From Candidatus Nanoarchaeia archaeon (GTDB lineage Archaea; Nanobdellota; Nanobdellia; Woesearchaeales; JANQNC01), in contig JANQNC010000001.1 in NCBI GenBank assembly GCA_028279745.1, positions 570,001-602,000 of the forward strand: a DNA stretch of 32,000 bases. Reading direction: 5' to 3'. Positions 15,969-24,791 of the stretch are shown here, in pieces. Made by a program: the position numbers and the translations under genes. Each line of letters begins with the position of its first letter. Within the stretch, counting starts at the first letter, position 1. The notes under the pieces were generated by a model that was not told the DNA's origin, searched no databases, and saw only the letters and a list, made by a program, of their open reading frames with translations.

Positions 15969-16706
15969 ATGAGAAAAGCACTAATAACATTCGTGATGAT
16001 CGCATTGATGCTTACCGTAGCAACAGCTCAGCAGATGACAAGACCTACAGAACTACCAACATTGGTTTATGGAACAGTTGAGCTAGCTGACGGAACAACA
16101 GCAGATGGCGTAACATACACAATCACATCAGAAGATGCGACAGGAAATACACTATCAACAATTACAGGGACAGTAGGAACAATGAAGTCAGGAATGATTT
16201 TCGAATCACAAAACCTGGCTATAAACGAAGGAGACAAGCTAATAATCGAAGCAGGAACGGTTAATGAAACTGGAAGAATGGAACACCTATTGACATCATT
16301 AGAAAGTTTCAAGTCATACTATGACTTTGGAATAATGAGACTTTCAAGCAACGTAACAGTAACACCAGTACCAGTAGTCAAACCAGCAGACATTTACGTT
16401 AACAGTGTAAGGTTCATAAGCGACGAATACCTAGAAGTAGGTGAAGAACTAATAACAAGAGCGATTTTAGACAACATTGGAGAAAAAGATCTTGAGGGAA
16501 TCAGCGTAGACATACTTGTACCAGATTTGGGACTGCATAAGACAGTGGGACCTTTCGACATAGATGCGGACGGAAGAACTACAGAAAGACTTTATGTAGA
16601 AATACCTAAAGATGCAAAACCAGGAGAGTACGGTGCAAGAATAGAGATTAGCAACGAGAAACTACACAGAGTAGTATGGAGAACATTCGTCGTAAAAGAA
16701 CAATAG
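15969..16706 (+). CDS. secreted protein with a C-terminal CARDB-like (Ig-like) domain
   Basis: SD GAGGAGG upstream. Signal peptide ALITFVMIALMLTVATAQ. The C-terminal VGEELITRAILDNIGEKDLEGISVDILVPDLG...IPKDAKPGEYGARIEI matches the CARDB-type pattern seen in archaeal surface proteins. Confidence 0.78.
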   Translation: MRKALITFVMIALMLTVATAQQMTRPTELPTLVYGTVELADGTTADGVTYTITSEDATGNTLSTITGTVGTMKSGMIFESQNLAINEGDKLIIEAGTVNETGRMEHLLTSLESFKSYYDFGIMRLSSNVTVTPVPVVKPADIYVNSVRFISDEYLEVGEELITRAILDNIGEKDLEGISVDILVPDLGLHKTVGPFDIDADGRTTERLYVEIPKDAKPGEYGARIEISNEKLHRVVWRTFVVKEQ

Positions 16707-16752
16707 ATACTGCTCAAAATAAAAAAATAAAAACAACCGTAAAGGAGGACAA

Positions 16753-17982
16753 ATGAAAATGAAAGCAAAAATATTCGGAATAAGCATGCTAGCATTACTA
16801 ATGGTTAGCTTATTTGCAGTTGGAGCTGTAGCTCTAGACCTGCCAAAATCAGTTGACATAAACGGTAAAACAGCAGAAGACCACATGAACATAGAGAGAA
16901 GCGAAAGCATAGACATCGAGGTACAACTAAAACAGCTAACAGTTGATGCAGAAAATGTTAGATTATATGCAGAAATAGAAAGCCACGACTCAGATGATGT
17001 AATAACAGACAGAACATCAATCTTTGACATGAAAGCAGGAAGCATCTACACAAAATCATTAACACTAGATCTACCAGCAGACATGAAAGAAGGATCATAC
17101 ACATTGAGACTAGAGCTAACAGACAAAGACAGCCAAGTTGAAGATGAATACGTATTAGACATCGGTACAACTAGAAGAAAACTAGTTATCGATGACATCA
17201 GCATGGACGACAAAGTTAAAGCAGGAAGTTCAATGTATGTTAAAGTAAGAGTAGCTAACATGGGACAATTTGATGAGAAAGACGTTAAAGTAACAGTAGA
17301 AGCAGACGGAATCGACTTCATCGGAAACAAAGATGATTACATCGACGAAATCGAAGCAGATGATGAAGAACCATCACAAGCAATCTACTTAAAAGTACCA
17401 AGCTGCCAAAAAGCACAAGAGTATGAAGTAACTGTAAAAGCTGAAAACAAATACGCAAAAGCTTCAGAAACAGTAACACTAGAAGTTGTTGAAGGAGACA
17501 CATGCGGCGTAGCAATGCCTAATGCATTCGTTACAGAAGGAGTTACAGCTCAATCAGTTGAAGCTGGCAAAGCAGCAATCTTCAAACTACAAGTAAGCAA
17601 TGCTGGATCAGCAAGCCAAGCTTTCACAGTGGAAGTTGACGGCGCAGCAAACTTCGCAGATGTTGAAGTTTACCCAGGAAGTGCAATGGTAGTAGAAGGC
17701 GGCCAATCTGAAGATGTATTCGTTTACGTATACGCAGATGAAGATGCTTCAGGAAACAACCCATTCTCAGTAACAGTAAAAGCTGGCGACAAAGTTGTAG
17801 ACACAGTTGATATGACAGCAAGTGTTGAAGCAGGCAGCAAAGGATGGGACGGCGTTAAGAAAGCTTTGGTATCAATCCTAATAGTTATCGTAGTTCTTTT
17901 AATAATCCTAGGTCTAATCATAGGATTCAACAAAATGAAAGGCGATGACGAAGAAGGAGAAGAAAGCCAAACATACTACTAA
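16753..17982 (+). CDS. type-I membrane surface protein with repeated CARDB-like domains and a C-terminal TM anchor
   Basis: SD AAGGAGG upstream and a signal peptide. Three or four Ig-like modules, for example MYVKVRVANMGQFDEKDVKVTVEA and AAIFKLQVSNAGSASQAFTVEV. C-terminal TM LVSILIVIVVLLIILGLIIGF plus an acidic tail. Confidence 0.8.
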   Translation: MKMKAKIFGISMLALLMVSLFAVGAVALDLPKSVDINGKTAEDHMNIERSESIDIEVQLKQLTVDAENVRLYAEIESHDSDDVITDRTSIFDMKAGSIYTKSLTLDLPADMKEGSYTLRLELTDKDSQVEDEYVLDIGTTRRKLVIDDISMDDKVKAGSSMYVKVRVANMGQFDEKDVKVTVEADGIDFIGNKDDYIDEIEADDEEPSQAIYLKVPSCQKAQEYEVTVKAENKYAKASETVTLEVVEGDTCGVAMPNAFVTEGVTAQSVEAGKAAIFKLQVSNAGSASQAFTVEVDGAANFADVEVYPGSAMVVEGGQSEDVFVYVYADEDASGNNPFSVTVKAGDKVVDTVDMTASVEAGSKGWDGVKKALVSILIVIVVLLIILGLIIGFNKMKGDDEEGEESQTYY

Positions 17983-17993
17983 ACGTATTAACC

Positions 17994-18032
17994 TTTTTTT
18001 ATTTTTTATTATTTCTTTTTTTAATTATTTAT
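17994..18032 (+). terminator. oligo-T terminator region
   Basis: Several T5-T7 runs (TTTTTTTATTTTTTATTATTTCTTTTTTT) begin 12 nt after the 17982 stop. This fits archaeal intrinsic termination. Confidence 0.5.
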
Positions 18033-18187
18033 GACGAATAAACGACCCTTAGTGAAATCAGCTTAAATCATTTATAAATGGTTTATAAATTAAAGGGTCT
18101 TAAACATATATAAAAAAACGAAACCTTTATATACTAGGTGTGTATCACTCCTACGTAGTAAGTACAAAATAAGAGGTCATGACAAAA

Positions 18188-19930
18188 ATGAAACACAAAA
18201 CAATCATATTCACAATATTGCTTTTAATGCTGCCACTAGCAACAGCAATAGTGGAGGATTTCTCAGCATATTCAAACTTTAAAGAAATCACAATGGATCA
18301 ATGCGCAACAGCAGCAGATGAAATAACAATCACAAATCTGGCACCAATCGCATCATTCTATGAAGTGACATTATCAGGCAGCGCAGCAGAGTATGTGCAA
18401 ACACTGCCACCAAGATTATCACTAAAGGCAGGCGAGAGCAAGACATTACTTAACATAATCACTGCACCATGTGGCACAAAAGGAACTAAAACACTAGTTA
18501 CACACATCGAAACAACAACAGGTGTAGAAAAAGAGATAAAACAAGAGATCACATTCAAGAAAAGAAACAACCTGAAAGCAGAGCTAGAATTGACTGAAAT
18601 AGAAACATGCCCTGCAGAACCAGGCGTATTCAAATTAAACATAACAAACTCAGGATCATTCAAAGAACAATACGAAATATCAGTAAACAAACATGCTGAA
18701 TGGGTAACCACAAATTCTAACGAAACAATCAAGATAGAAGAAGGACTATCACAAGAAGTTGAAGTATACTTTGAAACACCATACGACCAATATGGAGAGT
18801 ATGAATTCAAAATGTACGTAGAAGCTATCAAGAACAAGCTAGAAATTGAAATACCTGTAAAAGTAAACGTAACAAAGTGCTATGACTTTGAACTTGTTAC
18901 AGAACAGCCAAGATACGAAGTATGTGACAACGAATGGACAAGCACACCAATCATACTAAAAAACACAGCAAAAATAAACAACTCATACGAACTAGACTTT
19001 GAAGGACCAAAATGGTCAGGCCTAGAAGTTGAAAGAGTAAGCAATGTTGCAGGTGAAGAAGAGACAACAATCAGCCTAATAACAACACCACCAGAACACT
19101 TCGAAGGAGGTGATTATTTTGCAACAATTACAGCTAAAACAACACTAGGAGACATAGAAAGAAACATAACAGTTCCGCTATATGTAAATGAGTGTTACGA
19201 ACTAGGATTAAAATCAAACAAAGAAGACACAGTATGCCAAGGAGAAACTGTACTATACCCAGTAATAGTTGAAAACATGGGAGTATATGATCAAACTGTA
19301 CATGTATTAGCAGAAGGAACAATGGTTTCAGAAACAACAGTATTTGTTGCAGGCAATAATGAAACAGAAGCAGAGCTAATGTTTGAGATACCTGACGACA
19401 AGAAACCAGGTAAATTGTACTTCACAGCATCAATCGTAGGAAGAAACGACACATTCGCAAAATCAAAAACATACTTAGATGTAGTAAGTAAAGAAGAGTG
19501 CTACATGGCAGATGTTGAGATAGAAAAAGACATCGAAACAAGAGAAGAAGAAGACAGAAGAATACCAATCATAGTAAGAAACGATGGAATAAGAGTTGCG
19601 GCATACACTGTAAGTTTAGAAGCACCTGAATGGGTAGAAGCTGATAAGACAGAAGTTGTACTTGCACCAGGCGACGAAGAAATCGTTTATTTAACAGCTG
19701 AACCTACAGCAGAAACTGAAGAAGGAAGATACGATGTTGTGCTAGGATTAGTTAAAGACGATGTAATGTACAAGAAAACAATACCAATTGAAGTAGCAGG
19801 ACAAGAAGCAACAGTTAAAGAAAACAAGTTCTTGAACTTCCTGAAAGACTACATGTACTACATCATAGCAGGAATCGTAATATTAGCAATACTACTTATT
19901 GTTTTGAAAATATTCTCAAACGATAAGTAA
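18188..19930 (+). CDS. type-I membrane surface protein, multiple Cys-bracketed Ig-like (CARDB/NEW3-like) modules, C-terminal TM anchor
   Basis: I prefer ATG 18188 (9-10 nt after AAGAGGT) over 18179. Signal peptide MKHKTIIFTILLLMLPLATA. Repeated modules of about 100 aa each begin near a Cys (ECYE, KCYD, TCPA). C-terminal TM YYIIAGIVILAILLIVLKIF. Confidence 0.8.
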   Translation: MKHKTIIFTILLLMLPLATAIVEDFSAYSNFKEITMDQCATAADEITITNLAPIASFYEVTLSGSAAEYVQTLPPRLSLKAGESKTLLNIITAPCGTKGTKTLVTHIETTTGVEKEIKQEITFKKRNNLKAELELTEIETCPAEPGVFKLNITNSGSFKEQYEISVNKHAEWVTTNSNETIKIEEGLSQEVEVYFETPYDQYGEYEFKMYVEAIKNKLEIEIPVKVNVTKCYDFELVTEQPRYEVCDNEWTSTPIILKNTAKINNSYELDFEGPKWSGLEVERVSNVAGEEETTISLITTPPEHFEGGDYFATITAKTTLGDIERNITVPLYVNECYELGLKSNKEDTVCQGETVLYPVIVENMGVYDQTVHVLAEGTMVSETTVFVAGNNETEAELMFEIPDDKKPGKLYFTASIVGRNDTFAKSKTYLDVVSKEECYMADVEIEKDIETREEEDRRIPIIVRNDGIRVAAYTVSLEAPEWVEADKTEVVLAPGDEEIVYLTAEPTAETEEGRYDVVLGLVKDDVMYKKTIPIEVAGQEATVKENKFLNFLKDYMYYIIAGIVILAILLIVLKIFSNDK

Positions 19931-19933
19931 AAT

Positions 19934-19954
19934 TCTTTTTATTTTATACTTTTA
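19934..19954 (+). terminator. oligo-T terminator region
   Basis: TCTTTTTATTTTATACTTTT directly after the 19930 stop. Confidence 0.4.
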
Positions 19955-19992
19955 ATTGAAAGCGCGATAGGTAGAGCGCCATAGAAATTCTT

Positions 19993-20253
19993 TTATCTTT
20001 CAGAATGACCTCCACCTATAAAATTAGCCAATTCTATTACAATCCAGACTGCTAAAACAAACAGACGCAGCCCCCAGTTACCGCTGGAAAATCCCAACCA
20101 TAAAAGAACGTAGCCTACTAAAAAAATAATAAGTACGAAAAAAGCTATAATCGCAAGACCCTTCAAAATAGAATTTTCAATACTGTCGTCAATTTCTTCC
20201 ATAACTAAGTTTATTAACTTTAAAATAGCTAACTGATTCCAACCCATTTTCAA
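19993..20253 (-). CDS. small membrane protein (86 aa, 2 TM)
   Basis: Strong SD AGGAGGT 5 nt upstream of the ATG. Two hydrophobic helices. No family recognised. Confidence 0.6.
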   Translation of the reverse strand: MKMGWNQLAILKLINLVMEEIDDSIENSILKGLAIIAFFVLIIFLVGYVLLWLGFSSGNWGLRLFVLAVWIVIELANFIGGGHSER

Positions 20254-20420
20254 TACCTCCTATTAAGACCTCTTTTTTGGAGAGTAGGAATAACTAATTT
20301 ATAAAACATTGGTTGTAACCTTCTTAGCTTCAAAGCCATGCATAACTAAAAAAACGCACACATATTTCTTACCCTTTCTAAGTAAACCTTAAATAGTATA
20401 CTAGACTACACAAAACGTAA

Positions 20421-22001
20421 ATGATAATCTTAAACTCAGTTGAACTAACCAATTTTTGCAGTGTTAAAGGTGGCACTTTGAAAGGTTTTAAAAGTTTGAA
20501 TATTATTTATGGTCCTAATAATTGTGGAAAGACTTCTTTTTTAAAGAGCATATCTCTTCTGAACACACTTAATATCAGTCCAAGTATAAATTTTTCTTCG
20601 ATTGAAAAATCCAGATTGCTTGGGGGTTGGAACAGCGGATTAGAAAGAAAGGAGTACCCTCTTTGCGGAATACAACTGGCACTTAATTCGGAACAAGTGT
20701 ACCTAAAAGGGAAACGTAACTTGAAGATTAGATATGAACTCAATAAAGACTTAATAAACGAAGTGGTGAAACGATCTAGCTTACCTTTCGAGCCCGATCA
20801 GTTTACAAGCTTAATAAGACATGTTTACCCAAAAAAATCAATAGACCTAAATGAAGAATTTAAAGAAGAAGAATTTTATTCAATTAATCTTGAAAAAGAA
20901 GGTGCACAAAACTATGCTTTGGCAGCTAACGTATCACTGCTCAACTTCTTAGAAACAGGAACTAAACTACAAAATGTTATTTTTTGTGATGACTTACGAA
21001 TAGATAGTTATAAAGGTACAAGTTTGACTGATTATATAACTAAAAAAAGGTTGAGTGGTGAACAAGCTAGAAAACTTATTTCTTTCATCAAAGATATAAT
21101 AGACCCAAATATAATAGATTACAAACCCCCCTTCAATTTGTTAAAAAGTGAACTTTCTGACTTTGAGAGCACAATACAAGAGCAAGGTTCAGGGGTGAGA
21201 TCTTTAATATGTTTAGCTACAGATATTCTTTTTGCTCAAAACAGCTCTATAATCATAATCGACGAACCCGAACTTGGTCTAAACCCAAATGTCAAACAAA
21301 AATTCTTAAAATTTTTATCAAATCAATCAAAAAAGAAGCAAGTGTTCATTGCAACACACGATCCAACATTTCTAAACCCCTTGTTGTTAGAGAATCAAGA
21401 AGTTGCTTTATTTCAGTATTCTTCACACCATAAAAAGTTTGTGATGATAGACTTACAAGACATAAAAAAGTCAAGAAATACGTTTGGGGGTTATCTGCCC
21501 CACACTACATCAACAAGAAAAACACACATATATGTGGAAGGATGGATTGATGTTCTGGTTATACAGTCTTTTTTAATAAAATACTTAAAAGAAAAGTGCG
21601 GGGATGATTGGTTAGAACCATTTAACAAAATTTCCGTATTTCATCTAGGCGGGGATTATCTACAACATATAGTCCATACTATCCCCCCCTCACCATACAA
21701 AAAAATAATTATCTTAGATGGGGACAAATCAGAAACGAGTGATGGCTTGATTGAAAAGTTAAATAACTCAAAATCAGACTGCTCAGTTGAATTTAGGCAT
21801 AGGAAACAAAGTCAACAACATTTTCTTAAAGATGATATTCACAGCAGGTTTTTCTGCCCAATATGGTGCCTTAAAGAGAAAAGAATAGAAAAATACTTAG
21901 ACCCTTATCCAACCAAAAAGAGGGACGGGCCAGCTATTGCAGAAAAAATGGAAAAAGTACCTGATGAATTTAAAATGCTATTTGAAAACATCATAGAATA
22001 A
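20421..22001 (+). CDS. ABC-type (AAA_15/AAA_21-like) ATPase fused to a C-terminal Toprim-like nuclease domain; OLD-family / DUF4435 (PARIS AriB)-like
   Basis: Walker A IYGPNNCGKTS. Signature-like QEQGSGVRS. Walker B IIIIDEPELGLNP. H-loop IATHDP. The C-terminal roughly 160 aa carry HIYVEGWIDVLV (Toprim Glu), IIILDGDKSE (DxD) and a late RIEKYL motif. A TATA at about 20388-20397 is 25-30 nt from the ATG, so the mRNA is probably leaderless. Confidence 0.78.
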   Translation: MIILNSVELTNFCSVKGGTLKGFKSLNIIYGPNNCGKTSFLKSISLLNTLNISPSINFSSIEKSRLLGGWNSGLERKEYPLCGIQLALNSEQVYLKGKRNLKIRYELNKDLINEVVKRSSLPFEPDQFTSLIRHVYPKKSIDLNEEFKEEEFYSINLEKEGAQNYALAANVSLLNFLETGTKLQNVIFCDDLRIDSYKGTSLTDYITKKRLSGEQARKLISFIKDIIDPNIIDYKPPFNLLKSELSDFESTIQEQGSGVRSLICLATDILFAQNSSIIIIDEPELGLNPNVKQKFLKFLSNQSKKKQVFIATHDPTFLNPLLLENQEVALFQYSSHHKKFVMIDLQDIKKSRNTFGGYLPHTTSTRKTHIYVEGWIDVLVIQSFLIKYLKEKCGDDWLEPFNKISVFHLGGDYLQHIVHTIPPSPYKKIIILDGDKSETSDGLIEKLNNSKSDCSVEFRHRKQSQQHFLKDDIHSRFFCPIWCLKEKRIEKYLDPYPTKKRDGPAIAEKMEKVPDEFKMLFENIIE

Positions 22002-22011
22002 ACCGCACCAG

Positions 22012-22731
22012 TCACTTTTTACCTAACCTAAATCTTAAACTCAACATGTAAGGAACCATACTTAATTCCTTAAAGAAACTCAAAGCAGACTTCTCGCCAG
22101 CTTTCCATCTAACAGGTATTTCTTTAATCTTATATCCTTTTCTTTGAGCTCTGACAAACATCTCAGTATCCCAAAACATCTTTCGTTTGAATTTATTGTC
22201 ATAACCCATGTCTTTCAAAAGGTCCAAAATAATGTCTTTTTTGAAAGCCTTAAAGCCACATTCGTGATCATTAACTCTAGAACCAAAATAAAGCTTAGCA
22301 AACCACTTGAATAATAAGCTAATTAACCATCTTGAAAAGCTTCGTTTTACTTTGGAATTCTTTAGATGTCTGCTGCCAGTAACAATATCAAAACCGTCGC
22401 CAATCCTTTCAACAAGCTTAGGCAAGTAGGTTAAGTCAGTCGACAGATCAGAATCCATAAACATTATGGTGTCTCCTTCAGCTAGCTGAAAGCTTTTAGC
22501 TAAATTTTCTCTCCTAGAAGGCCCATTTGGATACCTTACAAACTTAATCTTATTGTATTTTTTTGCTAGTTTTCTCCCAATATCAGGAGTTGAATCTTTA
22601 GATGAATCATCAACTATGAACAGTTCAAAGTTGTATTTTAGCCTATTCAGTTCCTCGTAGACTTTCAGTATGTTCTTTTCCAGTATCTTTCCCTCATTGT
22701 ACGCGGGAATAAAAACAGATAATTTAACCAT
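22012..22731 (-). CDS. family-2 glycosyltransferase (dolichyl-phosphate sugar synthase-like)
   Basis: KLSVFIPAYNEGKIL, FIVDDSSKDST and FMDSDLS (DxD) are GT2 hallmarks. I chose the start at Met54 of the track ORF (22731). The 53-aa extension overlaps the divergent promoter and the gene at 22811. Confidence 0.85.
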   Translation of the reverse strand: MVKLSVFIPAYNEGKILEKNILKVYEELNRLKYNFELFIVDDSSKDSTPDIGRKLAKKYNKIKFVRYPNGPSRRENLAKSFQLAEGDTIMFMDSDLSTDLTYLPKLVERIGDGFDIVTGSRHLKNSKVKRSFSRWLISLLFKWFAKLYFGSRVNDHECGFKAFKKDIILDLLKDMGYDNKFKRKMFWDTEMFVRAQRKGYKIKEIPVRWKAGEKSALSFFKELSMVPYMLSLRFRLGKK

Positions 22732-22810
22732 AACCACAAAAAGTGTTAAATGTTTTATATAGATTTCCCTTAACAAAGCCTTTAAATAGTATAATACTGC
22801 TCTTAATACC

Positions 22811-23902
22811 ATGTTAAAAGAGATAAGCGCACTAGAAATAAAGCACCTGTTAAAGGAAATAAAGATCTTAGTAAATGGAAAAGTAGACAAGATATACCAA
22901 CCAGAAAAGGATCAAGTAATATTACAAGTGCATGTTACAGGAGAAGGAAAGAAACTGCTTAAGGTAGTGTCTGGAAAGTTTCTTTGTTTAAGTTCTTCTA
23001 AATCAAGTTCAGCACAACCAAAAGGTTTCTGTATGGCATTAAGGAAATATCTAGGAAATGCAAGAATAAAAGACATAAAACAAGTAGGGTTTGAGAGAAT
23101 AGTTGAGCTAAAATTAGAAACAAAAGAAGATAAGTTTAGCTTATTCTTGGAGTTTTTTGATAAAGGGAATATTATTTTGGTTAAAGATAAATTGATCTTG
23201 TCTGTGTTGCAGCAACAGAAATGGAAAGATAGGAATTTAATGGCAAGAGAAGAGTACAAATATCCTAAACGAGAGTATGACACTTCTAAAATAGACGAAG
23301 CGACGATGAAGAACGTTTTGAAAAACAGTTCACAAGAGAAAATAGTCAAAACATTAGCAGTTGACCTAGGATTAGGGGGAGTATATGCAGAAGAGGTATG
23401 TCTAATTAGTGATATTAACAAGAATGAAAAACCACAAACAAAATTTGCCCCTAAATTAGTTAGTGGGTTGAAGAAAGTTTTAAGCAGCAGAGTAAATGCT
23501 GTAGCTTATTCTAAAAACGGACAGTTGAAAAATGTTACACCTTTCCCCCTAAAGCAGTATGAAAAACTAGAAAAGGAAGAATTTGATTCATTCAGTTCTG
23601 CGATCGACAATAAAATAGTAGTTGAAAAAGAAGAAGAGACAACTTATGATAAAGAGATTAAAAAAATAGAGAAGATAATACAAAAACAAGAGAAACAAAT
23701 ACATGAAATGGAACAAAAAGCAGAAGATAACAAAGAAAAAGGAGAAAGAGTATATGAAAAGTATCAGTTAGTTGAGGAGATAAGTAATGAGTTAAAGGAA
23801 GCTAAGAAAAAATACTCTATAAAAGAGATGAGAGAGAAACTTAAGGGGCATAATGTAGTGAAGGAAATCAACAACAAAGGAGAAGTGATTCTAGAATTAT
23901 AA
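22811..23902 (+). CDS. NFACT-N (FbpA/RqcH/Rqc2-like) domain protein, truncated form lacking the NFACT-R/DUF814 domain
   Basis: N-terminal LEIKHLLKEIKILVNGKVDKIYQPEKDQVILQVH...FCMALRKYLGNARI is typical of NFACT-N. A middle GLGGVYAEEV helix-hairpin-helix-like segment follows. The protein ends inside a Lys/Glu coiled coil at 363 aa. Confidence 0.75.
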   Translation: MLKEISALEIKHLLKEIKILVNGKVDKIYQPEKDQVILQVHVTGEGKKLLKVVSGKFLCLSSSKSSSAQPKGFCMALRKYLGNARIKDIKQVGFERIVELKLETKEDKFSLFLEFFDKGNIILVKDKLILSVLQQQKWKDRNLMAREEYKYPKREYDTSKIDEATMKNVLKNSSQEKIVKTLAVDLGLGGVYAEEVCLISDINKNEKPQTKFAPKLVSGLKKVLSSRVNAVAYSKNGQLKNVTPFPLKQYEKLEKEEFDSFSSAIDNKIVVEKEEETTYDKEIKKIEKIIQKQEKQIHEMEQKAEDNKEKGERVYEKYQLVEEISNELKEAKKKYSIKEMREKLKGHNVVKEINNKGEVILEL

Positions 23903-23903
23903 A

Positions 23904-24791
23904 ATGAGCAGCGAATACTTAGTCAATAGATACATAGAAATATGCAGAGGATTTGAGCTAGCAGATAAAAATAAAAATCCATCTCTAAGAATAAATACTC
24001 TCAAGATTAGCGAAGATGAAATAGAAGAAAGGCTAAGGAAAAAGAAAGTTAGACTTGAGAAAATAGATTTTCTAAAAAGCGGTTACTATTACAACTCACC
24101 ATTCAAGATGCCCTCATCACAAGAATATTTACAAGGTTACGTTTATCTGCAAGATGTAGCATCACAAATCCCTGCAGAAGTTTTAGGGGTTAAAGCAGGA
24201 GATAAAGTGCTAGATATGTGTGCAGCGCCAGGAAGCAAAACAACACAGCTAGGAGCTTTAATGAAAAACAAAGGCGTGATAGTATCAGTTGAGAATATGC
24301 TTGGAAGAGTTAAGGTATTGCGTAACAATCTAGAAAGATGCGGAGTAAGTAATTGTTTGGTGTATAAGAAAGATGCAAGATTCGTAAATGAGCTAGGGAT
24401 CGAGTTTGATAAAATATTATTGGATGCGCCGTGTTCAGGAAACTACACACAAGAAGAAACCTGGCTAAGAGAAAGAAAAGTAGAAGATTTCAAAGCAAAC
24501 GCAAGAACACAAAAGGAGATGATAAAATCAGCAGTTAAGTGTTTGAAAAAAGATGGTGTGCTAGTTTACAGTACCTGTTCACTAGAACCCGAAGAAAATG
24601 AAATGGTCATACAATGGGCTTTAGATAAATTAGATGTTGAGTTAATGGATATCAAGCTTAAAGTGGGTGATGAAGGCATTACAAATCCATTTGGGAAAGA
24701 ATTGGATGAAAATGTTAGTAAATGTGTAAGAGTGTGGCCGCACAAAACAGGCCTGCAAGGTTTTTTTGTAGCTAAATTAAAGAAGAAATAG
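23904..24791 (+). CDS. NOL1/NOP2/Sun-family RNA (cytosine-C5)-methyltransferase
   Basis: SAM motif VLDMCAAPGSKTTQL. Catalytic motifs LLDAPCSG (motif IV) and VYSTCSLEPEENE (motif VI). The start lies 1 nt after the preceding stop. Confidence 0.9.
   Translation: MSSEYLVNRYIEICRGFELADKNKNPSLRINTLKISEDEIEERLRKKKVRLEKIDFLKSGYYYNSPFKMPSSQEYLQGYVYLQDVASQIPAEVLGVKAGDKVLDMCAAPGSKTTQLGALMKNKGVIVSVENMLGRVKVLRNNLERCGVSNCLVYKKDARFVNELGIEFDKILLDAPCSGNYTQEETWLRERKVEDFKANARTQKEMIKSAVKCLKKDGVLVYSTCSLEPEENEMVIQWALDKLDVELMDIKLKVGDEGITNPFGKELDENVSKCVRVWPHKTGLQGFFVAKLKKK

Noticed and set aside
19961-19990. Short G+C-rich patch AGCGCGATAGGTAGAGCGCC as a possible small RNA.
   Set aside because: It has only a 4-5-bp GCGC stem, with no promoter or terminator context beyond the neighbouring genes' ends. 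It is too little to support a feature.
22732-22890. 53-aa N-terminal extension of the GT2 ORF. Similar long-start options exist at 12863, 4950, 10624, 18179 and 26599.
   Set aside because: The extensions overlap neighbouring genes or promoters and lack SD support. Internal starts give canonical signal peptides or motif positions.
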